A stretch of 64,000 nucleotides of DNA, from contig CAWDGJ010000002.1 in the NCBI GenBank assembly GCA_963801815.1, positions 160,001-224,000 on the forward strand, in the 5' to 3' direction. Position 1 is the first letter of the stretch, and the number at the start of each line of letters is the position of its first letter. A program made the translations under genes and the position numbers. The stretch is from an uncultured Verrucomicrobiae bacterium (GTDB lineage Bacteria; Verrucomicrobiota; Verrucomicrobiia; Chthoniobacterales; UBA10450). Positions 10,508 through 20,985 of the stretch are shown here, one piece after another. The notes under the pieces were generated by a model. It was given only the letters and a program-made list of their open reading frames with translations. It did not search any database and had not been told where the DNA came from.

Positions 10508-11620
10508 ATGGCGTCGCTCTCCTTCGTATCAGGGTCGCGGACTGATAAGAGCTTTAACATCGGTCTCGGGCTGGTGATTCTTTTTGGCGTCGCTGAGATA
10601 GGCGCGTTGGGAATTCATCTCATCGGCCGAACGCGTCCCGCGCAGGTGAGCGTTAGTCCGCGCGAAATGCCAGCACCGCTTCCCTCAGCTGCTGCGCCAT
10701 CGGCTCCGCCCGTGGCGTTGTCCGTAACTTCCCCGGCAGCCGCGTTGACTCCGCCGACGACCGTTTCTTCAGAAGTCGACCGGCTGACAAAACAAGCTCA
10801 GGCGGCGCGTGAGAGTGGCGATACCGTTAATGCCCTTACCCGGTTGCAGGATGCCGCACAGCGTGACCCGAAAAATGCGGAAGTGGTTGCTGAGATGGCG
10901 ATGATTTACGAATCGATCCAGAATTTCGACAAATCCGCCGAGGCCTGGCGAAGGGTCCATGACATTGGCCCGTCGGCCGGCCCGCTTTACGACGTCGCAG
11001 ACATGAAACTGAGGACCGGGGTTCCAACCTCGGCAACTACCAATGCAGTCGCGCCTGAGGCGACCGCCGTAGCGAAACTCGACGTTGCGTCAGCCCGCGG
11101 CACGGTGGAGGGCATTCCTCCCGGATCGACGCTCGGCATCAGCGAAGTCAGTGCGTCGGAAACGCCGGACCCGGATTCCGAAACAAATTTAATGTTACGG
11201 ATCAGCGTGAAGAAACGCCCGAATGTTGTGATCGATCACACCAAAGTAAAGATCCAGGTGTTCTTCTATGACACCGTCGGCGATAACGAGATCAAGTTGA
11301 CTGACGCCGATGTCAGTTACGAGTGGCTGACTCCGAACCACGATTGGGCGGACGGCAACAGAGAGACGCTGGCGGTCACTTACATCCGGCCGAAATCGAA
11401 AGCGAACAAAGCAGAGTCCGACCTAGCCGCCGCTGCTGCTGCGATCAATCCCGCGAAAAAAGGAAAGACGATTAAGGCGGCGGCGGCCGATTCCGGCGTA
11501 CGCAAATATCTTGGTTACATCGTTCGCGTTTATTATAATGATCAATTGCAGGACAAACGCGCCGACCCCACCAAATTGTTGACGCTGTTTCCGGCGCCTT
11601 TCACTGCTCCGCCCCAGTAA
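10508..11620 (+). CDS. Membrane-anchored TPR-containing hypothetical protein
   Basis: N-terminal TM, Pro/Ala linker, TPR-like helices (AAQRDPKNAEVVAEMA), beta-rich C-domain. Confidence 0.65.
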   Translation: MASLSFVSGSRTDKSFNIGLGLVILFGVAEIGALGIHLIGRTRPAQVSVSPREMPAPLPSAAAPSAPPVALSVTSPAAALTPPTTVSSEVDRLTKQAQAARESGDTVNALTRLQDAAQRDPKNAEVVAEMAMIYESIQNFDKSAEAWRRVHDIGPSAGPLYDVADMKLRTGVPTSATTNAVAPEATAVAKLDVASARGTVEGIPPGSTLGISEVSASETPDPDSETNLMLRISVKKRPNVVIDHTKVKIQVFFYDTVGDNEIKLTDADVSYEWLTPNHDWADGNRETLAVTYIRPKSKANKAESDLAAAAAAINPAKKGKTIKAAAADSGVRKYLGYIVRVYYNDQLQDKRADPTKLLTLFPAPFTAPPQ

Positions 11621-12297
11621 TGCAAATACTCATCGTGCACCACGATCCTGAAATGGGTGATGCGCTGGTGCAAATGGTGAAAAATTATACGCGCCATCAT
11701 TGCCTGCTCGTTCCGAGCGATGCCGTCGCGATTGATTGGGCCCGGCGTCATCAACGTTGCGATCTGCTCTTGACCCAACTCGAAGCCGATGGAATCAACG
11801 GCCTCGCCCTCGGTTCCGCATTGAGTGAAATCTTTTCCGGACTGCAGGTTTTGTTTTTTCCGAACTACGACGCCGACGAACGGTGTCTCGAAGTTTCCGA
11901 TACGAAAATCTTCCCCGAGCCAATAGTGGGCGATGAACTACTGGCGGCTATCGAACGGGCGACGCAAGCGCCGGCCGATGCGCCCGACTTTTTTCAGGTG
12001 GTCGACGTCTTGCAGATGTGTTGCTTGAGCCGCCGCAGCGGCGCGGTGCAGATGGTCAAAGACGGGAAAAGCGGACTCGCCTTTCTGCGCAATGGCAAAA
12101 TCGTTCACGCCGAGACGGCGGCCGCACAGGGCAGCGACGCGCTAGCCGAGATCGTGGCTTGGAAATACGTCGAGTTTGCCTACGAGCACATCGTCCGGCC
12201 GCCGTTACAGACAATTTCGGAGCCGTGGAACGAGATTCTGACAGACGCGGTAACGCGCGAGCAAGGCGACCGAAAGTCGCAGCACCAGTCAGTGTAG
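11620..12297 (+). CDS. Atypical receiver-like domain plus DUF4388/PatA-N-like domain
   Basis: MQILIVHHD start; C-domain DVLQMCCLSRRSG..G..FLRNGKIVHAE..G.DAL.EIVAW. Confidence 0.7.
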   Translation: MQILIVHHDPEMGDALVQMVKNYTRHHCLLVPSDAVAIDWARRHQRCDLLLTQLEADGINGLALGSALSEIFSGLQVLFFPNYDADERCLEVSDTKIFPEPIVGDELLAAIERATQAPADAPDFFQVVDVLQMCCLSRRSGAVQMVKDGKSGLAFLRNGKIVHAETAAAQGSDALAEIVAWKYVEFAYEHIVRPPLQTISEPWNEILTDAVTREQGDRKSQHQSV

Positions 12298-12342
12298 CAG
12301 TTTTCTATGCAACCACGTGGCTTTACGGTAGTTTACGTTTTC

Positions 12343-13214
12343 ATGAGATGGTGCTGGTGCCTGTTCTTTTCGGGTTTGGCCGCCAGCAACGCGGTTGCGC
12401 AGATTCAGCTTGAGTTACAAATCCCGCGGCTCCAGTACGTCGCCCACGAACCGGTGGTCGCAAACCTGACGCTTACCAACCTGGCGGGACGCGATGTTGA
12501 TTTTCGCGATGACCGGAACCAGCCCTGGTTCGGTTTCGAGGTCACCGGTAGCGAAGGTCAATCTATTCCGCAAATCTCGAACGCCGGGAACGAACCGCTC
12601 AGAGTCACCGCCGGACAACGGATCACGCGAAAGATTAACCTGACGCAGTTGTACGGGTACACAATTTCGGGACCTACCGAGTTCGAGCTCATATTTATTT
12701 TGCCGACCTCAATAAATTCTTCTATTCGGCCACGAAAGTTTTCGAGGTCGCTGACGCGCGTCCGATTTGGCAGAAAACGGTGGGCGTGCCACAAGAGGAA
12801 GGTGTTCCCGGAACTGCGCGCACTTACTCGCTGATGACAAACCGTTTTCCTGATCACACGTCGCTCTATGTTCGCGTGGAAGACAAGGACAGCGGGCTGG
12901 TTTACGCGACTTACTCACTGGGCCAGGTCATCGCATTCGATCAGCCGCAGGCTGAGTTCGACCACTCCAACCAGCTCCATGTTCTTTATTGCGCGGCCCC
13001 GCGAATGTGGTCCTATGCCCGCGTCGGTTTGAACGGAGAGCTTGTTTCCCGCGCCAGCTTCGCCGAAACCAAAAGCCGCCCGCGCCTTGTCCATTCCGAT
13101 GATGGTGTGATAAAGGTTGCCGGCGGAATAATGGACACACCGGTCACACCAGCGACACGTAATCAAGCCGGGAAACTTTCCGCGAGCCCGTCGAATGCTC
13201 CAAAGGAAGATTAA
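12343..13214 (+). CDS. Exported hypothetical protein, frameshift in a G-run near 12657
   Basis: Adding one G at tacgggtacac gives LYGVHNFGTYRVRAHIYF...WQKTVGVPQEEG, which joins ORFs 12307 and 12780. Confidence 0.7.
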
Positions 13215-13217
13215 CTG

Positions 13218-14180
13218 ATGCGCAAATCACTTGTCATTTATAGTCTTCTCTTCGCGGGCGCCATCATTGCGACCAGCGTGAAAGCCTTGCCCGCCCCCAG
13301 CTCGCTTTCGCAGCGAGAACGTGCCAGCGCACCGCGAGTAACGCCGACTCCAGCAGCGCGCTTGCGCACCGTGCGTACGCGGGAGGGCGTTCGCTCTTCG
13401 ACTACGGTGGTTATCGACGCCGGCCATGGCGGATTCGACCCCGGCGGTATTCCTGGGCAGCGCGTTCCGGAAAAAATAATGACCCTGGATGTCGCGCAAC
13501 GGCTGAGAACAGTCCTTCAAGCATCTGGCTATCACGTTGTCATGACGCGCGATAGCGATGTTTTTGTTCCGCTGGGGACACGGGTGGCAATTGCAAATGC
13601 GTATCGCGACGCAATCTTCGTTTGCATTCATTTCAACGCCACTCCGCGCCGGAGTGCGAGCGGGATCGAAACGTATTTTTACAGCTCGCAAAGCTTACCT
13701 CTCGCCTCGGCAATTCACTATTATGTAGCTGGTGGCGCGCCGACAGCTAATCGTGGAGTTCGCCGCCGTGGGTTTTTCGTTTTGCGAAAAACGACGATCC
13801 CATCCGTGCTGGTCGAGTGCGGTTTCCTGACCAATCCGAATGAAGCGCAGTACGCCCAAAACTCTGCATATCGCCAAAAACTCGCCTTGGAAATTGCGCA
13901 CGGAATTCAGAATCGCTCTTCGGTGGCGCGCATTCCCGGCGTCACAAGAATCGCGTCCAGTTCGTCCGACACGTCTTTAGAGCCCGAGACCGTGCCACTA
14001 CAGCCGTTTATCGATCAAACCCACTATCACGACCCGGATCTTTCGCGCTCGAAACATAAGCGCAGCTCAAAGAGTTCCTCGAAATCGGCATCGTCCAAGC
14101 ACAAGAAATCTTCGTCCGAAACCGCGTCCACCAAGAGCTCCACCAGAAAAAAGAAATCTACCTCACAGGCGGAGGATTGA
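13218..14180 (+). CDS. N-acetylmuramoyl-L-alanine amidase (Amidase_3) with basic K/S-rich tail
   Basis: VIDAGHGG, VPEK, CIHFNA, SVLVECGFLTN. Confidence 0.92.
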   Translation: MRKSLVIYSLLFAGAIIATSVKALPAPSSLSQRERASAPRVTPTPAARLRTVRTREGVRSSTTVVIDAGHGGFDPGGIPGQRVPEKIMTLDVAQRLRTVLQASGYHVVMTRDSDVFVPLGTRVAIANAYRDAIFVCIHFNATPRRSASGIETYFYSSQSLPLASAIHYYVAGGAPTANRGVRRRGFFVLRKTTIPSVLVECGFLTNPNEAQYAQNSAYRQKLALEIAHGIQNRSSVARIPGVTRIASSSSDTSLEPETVPLQPFIDQTHYHDPDLSRSKHKRSSKSSSKSASSKHKKSSSETASTKSSTRKKKSTSQAED

Positions 14181-14181
14181 G

Positions 14182-15672
14182 TTGGAATCACCCGTTCTGA
14201 GTTCAGCGCAGATGCAGGCTGCTGAACAAGCAGCTTTCGCCCGCCAGATCACCGTCGAGACCCTGATGGACCAGGCCGGGATCGGCGTTGCCCGCGCGGT
14301 CCGCCAATTTTTTCCCAAGCCCGGCAGCTGCATCGTTTTTGCAGGAAAAGGTCACAACGGCGGCGACGCGTTGGTCGCGGCCGAACAATTGCAGCGCGCC
14401 GGTTGGAAGATCGACACCCGTCTTCCGTTTCTGGAAGAGAATTGCAGCGAGCTCACCCAGCAAAAATTGAAGGCGTTGCGCGAATCGACCCCGAAGCCGG
14501 CTGATACGATCGCTCGCGCACCGTACACCATAATTTTAGACGGCTTACTCGGCACCGGCGCAAACTCGTTCCTCCGCGAACCGATCCGTTCCGCCGCACG
14601 CGAGATTAATCGGCTTCGCCGCGAGCAAAACACGTTTGTCTTTGCGGTCGATCTTCCCACTGGCCTGGATGCTGATTCCGGCGAAAACGATCCCGAAGAT
14701 TCGATCGTAGCCGATTTCACCGTCACCATTGGCTTCGTCAAACATGGATTGATCGTAGATTCCGCGCTCGATCTCGTCGGCCGGATCGAGGTCGTTCCGC
14801 TTCCAGGTCTCTGGTCAGAGGTAACCGCGCCGAATGAGGTCGCGGCTAGTCCGCACTCGTTCGGGGCGATCTTGGCCCGGCGACAATTCAGTGCTTACAA
14901 AAATCAATTCGGACGCATCGGCGTTGTGGCGGGATCCAAAGGATTCATTGGGGCCGCGATCATGACTGCGGAAGGTGCGCTGCGGGCCGGGGCCGGTCTG
15001 GTGGAAGTTTTTGTGCCGGACGATATTTATGAAATTGTCGCGAGCGCGGCGCCAGTGGAAGCAATGGTGAAACCGATCCGCCGTTACCGCGATCTGCTCG
15101 AAGAGAAAGTCGACGTTTGGGCGCTTGGACCGGGTTTGGGGAAATCGCGCGCGGCGGAAATTTTGAATTTAATCGAGAACGCGACGCAACCAATGATCGT
15201 CGACGCCGACGGATTGAACGTTGCCGCCGACAAGATCGACATCCTGCGCAGTTGTCGGGGACCGCGACTGCTGACGCCGCACCCGGGGGAAATGCAACGA
15301 TTGATGGACGTCGGCAAAATGGCCCGCGCCGGGGTTGCGCGAAATTTCTGCGACCGGTTTCCGGTCACGCTGTTATTGAAAGGAAGCCGCACTATTGTTT
15401 GCGAGCGGGGCAAACCGATTAGTTACAACACCACTGGAAATCCCGGAATGGCCAGCGGCGGGATGGGCGATGTGCTCACCGGGGTTTGCGCCGGACTGGC
15501 CGGACGCGAATTGTCCCTGTTCGATTCCGGCCGGATTGGCGCGTGGGCATGCGGACGCGCAGCCGAGATTTCTATCTTCCAAAAAGGCGCGAGCGAGGAA
15601 TCACTCCTCGCTACTGACGTGCTCGCTAATTTGGGTGGAGCGTTCAACGAATTGCGAAATCCATCGGTTTGA
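14182..15672 (+). CDS. nnr: Bifunctional NAD(P)H-hydrate epimerase/dehydratase
   Basis: GKGHNGGDA, DGLLGTG, VDLPTG, GPGLG, DADGLN, TPHPGEM, GGMGDVLTG. Confidence 0.93.
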   Translation: MESPVLSSAQMQAAEQAAFARQITVETLMDQAGIGVARAVRQFFPKPGSCIVFAGKGHNGGDALVAAEQLQRAGWKIDTRLPFLEENCSELTQQKLKALRESTPKPADTIARAPYTIILDGLLGTGANSFLREPIRSAAREINRLRREQNTFVFAVDLPTGLDADSGENDPEDSIVADFTVTIGFVKHGLIVDSALDLVGRIEVVPLPGLWSEVTAPNEVAASPHSFGAILARRQFSAYKNQFGRIGVVAGSKGFIGAAIMTAEGALRAGAGLVEVFVPDDIYEIVASAAPVEAMVKPIRRYRDLLEEKVDVWALGPGLGKSRAAEILNLIENATQPMIVDADGLNVAADKIDILRSCRGPRLLTPHPGEMQRLMDVGKMARAGVARNFCDRFPVTLLLKGSRTIVCERGKPISYNTTGNPGMASGGMGDVLTGVCAGLAGRELSLFDSGRIGAWACGRAAEISIFQKGASEESLLATDVLANLGGAFNELRNPSV

Positions 15673-15683
15673 TTTCATCCAGA

Positions 15684-15815
15684 AAATCCGAAATTCGAAT
15701 CCCGAAGCTCGAAACAAATACGAAGGTTTAAAATTCGAATGACCCGGTAGAGGCAGATTTGTGGTGTTTGAGCTTTGGAAATTGTTTCGGATTTCGATAT
15801 TCGTGCTTCGACATT
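15684..15815. repeat. Heptamer-array inverted-repeat element (AAATCCG/CGAAA type)
   Basis: aaatccgaaattcgaatcccgaagctcgaaacaa ... ttgtttcggatttcgatattcgtgcttcgacatt. Confidence 0.7.
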
Positions 15816-15860
15816 CCGCCTTGGGATTGAGGTAAAGCGAAAACCGTTGAAGGTTATGAA

Positions 15861-16742
15861 ATGAACGGAGCACCGGAGCGCACGGCAATCGAAACCGACG
15901 CCGCGCATCCTTCGCAGGAGAGTTGGCAAGTCCGCGTCAAGAAAGCCCTTGGACCGATCGGCGTGGTCTTCGTCGTCATCGCCAAGTTTTTCGCAAAACT
16001 GAAGTTTATAATCCTGCCCGCGCTCAAGTTTCTGCCGCTTCTGCTGAAGTCCGGCGGCACCATGCTGCTGATGATCTGGGTTTACACGATGATGTGGGGC
16101 TGGAAGTTCGCGGTTGGTTTTGTGGTGCTCCTGCTCGTCCACGAGTGCGGACACTTGATCGTCGCCAAGAAGTTCGGATTGAAAGTCGGCGCGCCGGTCT
16201 TTATTCCATTCATGGGCGCTTTCATCGCACTAAAGGAAGCACCGCGGAACGCCTGGATGGAAGCGTGTGTCGGAATTGGCGGTCCTATGCTTGGTTCGTT
16301 AGGCGCGCTCGTTTGCAATGTGACCGGTGAAACTTTCGACATTCCGATTTTCTTCGCTCTCGCGTGGTTCGGTTATTTTCTGAACCTCTTCAATCTAACG
16401 CCAGTAGGAATGCTGGACGGCGGTCGAATTGTTACCGCGCTATCACGCTGGCTTTGGCTGCCGGGGTTCGCGGTCCTGCTCTGGTTTGGCTGGAAATATC
16501 CGAACTTTATTGTCTGGCTATTGGTCATCGCGTCGTTACCGCGCATCGTGTCGCTCTTTCGAAAACGAACGGAAGAAGAACGCCAATACTACGAAGTCAC
16601 TCCGGCACAGCGGTGGACGATGTCGATTTTGTATTTCGGTTTGATCGCGGTGCTGGTTTTTGGAATGCACCAAGCCTCGCGTGACTTGAATGAATACGGA
16701 ATTCGTTCACACGGGCACGGTCAGGACGTGATCTTTCAGTAA
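15861..16742 (+). CDS. Site-2 protease (M50) family
   Basis: HECGH, GGP and NLTPVGMLDGG motifs; multi-TM. Confidence 0.92.
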   Translation: MNGAPERTAIETDAAHPSQESWQVRVKKALGPIGVVFVVIAKFFAKLKFIILPALKFLPLLLKSGGTMLLMIWVYTMMWGWKFAVGFVVLLLVHECGHLIVAKKFGLKVGAPVFIPFMGAFIALKEAPRNAWMEACVGIGGPMLGSLGALVCNVTGETFDIPIFFALAWFGYFLNLFNLTPVGMLDGGRIVTALSRWLWLPGFAVLLWFGWKYPNFIVWLLVIASLPRIVSLFRKRTEEERQYYEVTPAQRWTMSILYFGLIAVLVFGMHQASRDLNEYGIRSHGHGQDVIFQ

Positions 16743-16793
16743 ACTGTGGCGAGAGAAATCTCGCCTGCGGAAGCCGCGATTTGCAGCCGAGGT

Positions 16794-18443
16794 TTAGCCG
16801 GCGTTGATCGCGAAAACTTTTTCCGGTTCGAGTCCGGTCCGCTCGACAATTGAGACAAAACGTTTGTCCGGGCGCAACGGCGCAAACTCCGGAGCGATTC
16901 CGACGAAATGAAGCGACGAGGAGCGTTCTTCGGCCGCGCGCTCCAATTCACGAATTGCGTCTTCGTGGGCGCCGAGCGCGACATAAACATGTGCGACCGC
17001 GTCGCCGGGAGTGTAGCCTCCGCGGGCTGCGATTGTTTTCGCCAGCATCTCGCGCGCTTCGTCCGGCCGATTCATCTTTGCATAAGTGATGGCGAGCCCA
17101 AACGCCGGCCGGCCGCTGATCTGCTGGGCTTTTTCATAAAGCGCGATCGCTTCGTCGAAGCGACCTGTTTCGCGATAAAGCGCAGCCATCAATGGCTCGC
17201 CATAAACGAATGCGGGGTCGAGCTGAAGCGCCCGTTCACCGGCAGCGCTCGCTTCTTCGTACAACCCAAAGTAGCGATATAGTTCGCACGCCGAATTAGC
17301 CACCCAAAGCGATGCCGGGTCGATCGTCGATGTTCGCTGCAAATACTTGAGCGCTTCCTCGCGGTCCCCTCGCGCGGCAAAGAACGCCGCCGAAAAATAA
17401 TTCGCCGGCGTAGATTTTGGATCGAGCTCGATCGCCCGATAGAATTCGCGGGCCGCACCGTCCATGTTCCAGTCGAGAATGCGTTTAGTTTCGGCGAGAT
17501 AGACGTGCGCCTCGGCGTCGCTCTTGTCGAGTTTCAGCGCGTTGAGTGCCGCCTGACGCATTTTGGAGTAGGCCTCCAGCGGAGCGACATAAGCGTCCGC
17601 CAGCCAGAGCCACGATTTTGCAATCCCAGTCCACGCTCGGGCAAAGCGCGGATCCTTCTGGAGCGCGGCTTCAAAGTATCCGAGACTTTTCCGCAGCGCT
17701 TCTTCGGTGCTCTTGTCGGAATAGAAAAGACCCTGCAGATACGAATCGTAGGCGTCGAGACTTCGCGCAGGGGCGGGCGGCGTGATTGCAAGTTTTAGCT
17801 TTAGCTTATCGACAATTGCGCGGGTAATTTCATCCTGAAGTGCAAAGATGCTTTGCATCTCGCGCTCAAAGGTGTCCGACCAAATCGTAAAGCCGCGTCG
17901 CGCATCGATTAGTTCCGCAGTGACGCGCACCCGATTCTCGTCGCGGCGGACAGAGCCTTCCAGGACATGAGCGACGTTCAGCTTGTTCGCGACTTCGCGC
18001 ACATCTGCCTTCTGATCCTTGAACCAAAACGAAGAGCGCCGCGCAGCCACCCGCAGATTGCCGATTTTGGAAAGCGCGGTCAGGATTTCGTCGGCGATTC
18101 CATCACTGAAATAGTCGTGATCACGGTTCGGACTAAGGTCCGCAAAGGGCAGAACGGCGATGGAATTCTCGTGCACACGCGGCGCCAGCGCGGTGTCGAT
18201 GTCTTTAAGATTCGGCGTGCGAACGACGCCGTAGCGGGTGAAATCGAAAAACCAGGAGAGCGTCAGGGCGACTGGAAATCCGACAATGATCAGGACGACC
18301 AGGAGCCGAATAACCCAGTTCGAAATATCGAACACTGGTAAGACCTGCGCCAGACCCTGGGCAAGCGCCCAACCGCCGACTAAATATGCGACCGCGATCG
18401 GGTAGACTTTTCTCCGCTTTAGCTCGGCGAAAAATCGGTTCAC
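16794..18443 (-). CDS. Membrane-anchored TolB-N-like/TPR protein (cyclase-associated type, no cyclase domain)
   Basis: FFAELKRRKVY N-terminus, 2 TM, SIAVLPFADLS..YFSDGIADEI, TPRs; GTGA overlap with the upstream gene. Confidence 0.85.
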   Translation of the reverse strand: MNRFFAELKRRKVYPIAVAYLVGGWALAQGLAQVLPVFDISNWVIRLLVVLIIVGFPVALTLSWFFDFTRYGVVRTPNLKDIDTALAPRVHENSIAVLPFADLSPNRDHDYFSDGIADEILTALSKIGNLRVAARRSSFWFKDQKADVREVANKLNVAHVLEGSVRRDENRVRVTAELIDARRGFTIWSDTFEREMQSIFALQDEITRAIVDKLKLKLAITPPAPARSLDAYDSYLQGLFYSDKSTEEALRKSLGYFEAALQKDPRFARAWTGIAKSWLWLADAYVAPLEAYSKMRQAALNALKLDKSDAEAHVYLAETKRILDWNMDGAAREFYRAIELDPKSTPANYFSAAFFAARGDREEALKYLQRTSTIDPASLWVANSACELYRYFGLYEEASAAGERALQLDPAFVYGEPLMAALYRETGRFDEAIALYEKAQQISGRPAFGLAITYAKMNRPDEAREMLAKTIAARGGYTPGDAVAHVYVALGAHEDAIRELERAAEERSSSLHFVGIAPEFAPLRPDKRFVSIVERTGLEPEKVFAINAG

Positions 18444-20818
18444 TGCGGTGCTTGCTCAATCAGTTTTTGAAACCGCGGATCGTTGCGGATCGGGTCCCAT
18501 TCCCACCGATATTTCAGATCGTTCACCGTGATACTGTAATTCGCGCTGTCGACCGCTCCGGGGACGGCCATTAAATGTTCGAGGAGATCAAGGGCGGGCG
18601 CGGATTCGCCAGTGCGAGCATAAATCACCGCAAGAATCGCGTTCATAATCGTGCCATCGAGCGCATCGTCTGACTCGGGCCGCAGCTCGACCGCGCGTTT
18701 TCCTTCACTGATTGCGCGCTGTTTGTCGCCAAGAAAAGCGCAGGCCATACCCAAAACCGCGTGGCGCTCTGGCACTTCCGGAGTTTCCTGCACAGCGGTC
18801 GCAAATGCGTCACGCGCCCTTTCCAACTCCTTTTTGGCCGCAGCTTTGTCTCCGCGAAGGGACGCAATTTCACCAGCGAAGAAACTTCGAGGCGTGTCGA
18901 CGCCGTTAAAGTAGGAGAAAACCTCGAGCGACGAGGCCTTCAAAATCCCCGCCGCGGAAACGGCGTCCCGGTCGATCATGCTTGCGTCGAGTCGTGCTGC
19001 GGTCACGGCTCCATCCGGATCCTTGCCCGCAGGAACGGCCTCCATTTCACTTTTCAGTCGATCCGTCCGACCCGTTTTCCAAAAATCGACATATCCGATT
19101 TGCGCCTTGGCATTCAACGAATCCGGCGCGAGCGCAATAAGACGTTGGGCGGTTTCCCCAGCCTTGGTCCAATCACGCACGGCGCAATAGGTATAGAACA
19201 AATCGCGAACGACGTTGGCATTCTGCGGATCGAGCGTGAGAATTTGGCGATAATCGGCGAGCGCTTCATCCCATTGCCCCTGGCGTCGCTTGATCGCGGC
19301 GATGTCCCACGGGATCGAACTATCGTTCGGCGAAAGCGTTCGAGCGATTTCGAATTCTCGCAGCGCCTGGGCATAGTCACGGTCGAACCAATAGTAGCAG
19401 CGGCCGAGCGCGTGATGCGCTTCACCGAGATTCGGCTGCAATTTAAGAGCCAGCGCAGCCTCGACACGCGCACTCTTGCTCCAGGCCTCGGTTGGCTCAT
19501 AAAAATGATAGATATAAGCTCGCGTACCGGCGAGTCGCGCGTGCGCGAGAGCGAATTTCGGATCCAGCGTGACCGCCTGGACGTAAAGTTGCTCTGCCGT
19601 CCGATAATCTTGAAGAAACGTGTCCGGCTTGAACTCGTATTCTTTCGCCTGGAGAAAAAGATCGTAGGCTTGGGTGTTTTCCGTCGGTTTGCCTCCTACG
19701 CGCGCGGCTTCGTCTGGCGTGAGTTTGGCGCCAAGATTTGAGGCAACTTCGCGCGCAATCTGCCCGTCGATTCCTATAGAATCCTGCAAACTCAAATCGT
19801 ATTTGTTTGCCCACACATGTCGATCTTGCGCGGCCTTGATCAATTGAACGTTCATGATGATTCGGTTTCCGACGCGGCGGACGCTGCCTTCGAGAATATT
19901 TACCACACCCAACACTTTCGCGACCTCGCGCAAATCTTGTGATTCTTTACGGTCGCGATATTTTTCAACCGAAGTGCGGCTGATCACGCGCAAGTCGCGA
20001 ATTTTTGCCAACGCGGTCAAAATGTCGTCCTGGAGGCCGTCGGCAAAATAACCGTTGGCTTTGTCGTCGCTAAAATTTTCAAACGGCAATACGGCGATAC
20101 TTTTTTCACCAGAAGAGTGGGTCGAAAAGTGCTGATAAGCAAAAAGCAAACTGACTGCTATCGCCAGCAGTGCGGCTGCGACACCCACGTTCCGAGGCCG
20201 CCGAAGGCCCGGTCTCGCCGATTTCTCCTCTTCGCGTGACTTTCGAATCTTTTCCGGCACATCGGGATTACCCGCCTGGCCGTTATAAAAATTGACGACC
20301 GACACAAGGGCGCCGTGTTTCACGGCGCATGGGCCGAGATCATGCAGGTCTGACCGCCATTCTCGCATTTGAGCGAGATCTTCGGCAACGCGTTTGGATA
20401 AAAGAATGTGACCACCATCGCCGCAATCCATGATGCGTTGGGCGATGTTGATCCCGGTGCCCGCCACGTTCGTGCGCTCATCCACGTCCCGAACAACATT
20501 CACCGGCCCGCTGTGAATTCCCATGCGCAGCCGGATATCCGGAGAATCCTTCAACGCGCGATTGATTTCGATGGCGCACTTCAGCGGCGCCTCGGGACTG
20601 TTAAAAAATACGAGAGCCATCCCGTCGCCCGACGGAACCCGGACCAGTTTTCCGGCTGAATCCGCAATACGAAATTGCTCAGTGCCCCGAACGATCTGGC
20701 TAAGACGGCCCTGTAATTCGCGCTGCTCTTCAGTCAATAGTTTGGAGTAGCCCACGCTGTCGATAAACAACACGTAGCCAATCTCCAACTGGGGGGCCGC
20801 CTCAGGGTCCGGTGGCAT
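18440..20818 (-). CDS. Class III adenylate/guanylate cyclase with TM, TolB-N-like and TPR domains
   Basis: LFIDSVGYS, SGDGM, LRMGIHSGPV, GINIAQR; SIAVLPFEN; WDPIRNDPRF end. Confidence 0.9.
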   Translation of the reverse strand: MPPDPEAAPQLEIGYVLFIDSVGYSKLLTEEQRELQGRLSQIVRGTEQFRIADSAGKLVRVPSGDGMALVFFNSPEAPLKCAIEINRALKDSPDIRLRMGIHSGPVNVVRDVDERTNVAGTGINIAQRIMDCGDGGHILLSKRVAEDLAQMREWRSDLHDLGPCAVKHGALVSVVNFYNGQAGNPDVPEKIRKSREEEKSARPGLRRPRNVGVAAALLAIAVSLLFAYQHFSTHSSGEKSIAVLPFENFSDDKANGYFADGLQDDILTALAKIRDLRVISRTSVEKYRDRKESQDLREVAKVLGVVNILEGSVRRVGNRIIMNVQLIKAAQDRHVWANKYDLSLQDSIGIDGQIAREVASNLGAKLTPDEAARVGGKPTENTQAYDLFLQAKEYEFKPDTFLQDYRTAEQLYVQAVTLDPKFALAHARLAGTRAYIYHFYEPTEAWSKSARVEAALALKLQPNLGEAHHALGRCYYWFDRDYAQALREFEIARTLSPNDSSIPWDIAAIKRRQGQWDEALADYRQILTLDPQNANVVRDLFYTYCAVRDWTKAGETAQRLIALAPDSLNAKAQIGYVDFWKTGRTDRLKSEMEAVPAGKDPDGAVTAARLDASMIDRDAVSAAGILKASSLEVFSYFNGVDTPRSFFAGEIASLRGDKAAAKKELERARDAFATAVQETPEVPERHAVLGMACAFLGDKQRAISEGKRAVELRPESDDALDGTIMNAILAVIYARTGESAPALDLLEHLMAVPGAVDSANYSITVNDLKYRWEWDPIRNDPRFQKLIEQAPQ

Positions 20819-20985
20819 GACGTCGATCTTAACCGGAGTGCGTTCGCTGCGCCAGAAGTCCCAATGGCGTCATAGAACTCGTTTCGTTTGATCCTGGGCG
20901 CATCGTCGATGAGATTTGAAGCCAGATTTTAAGCGGGAACTGATCCGCAACTAGGCATTGCTGGCAGTCGCTGTTAGATTGCGGA

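Noticed and set aside
18761..19741. Long antisense ORFs (e.g. 18761-19741, 6922-7773, 21805-22572, 61040-61969)
   Set aside because: They are shadows of well-supported genes on the opposite strand in GC-rich DNA and carry no recognisable motifs.
16794..20818. Cyclase/TolB/TPR pair as a novel system
   Set aside because: This architecture is common and expanded in soil bacteria; nothing locus-specific is visible.
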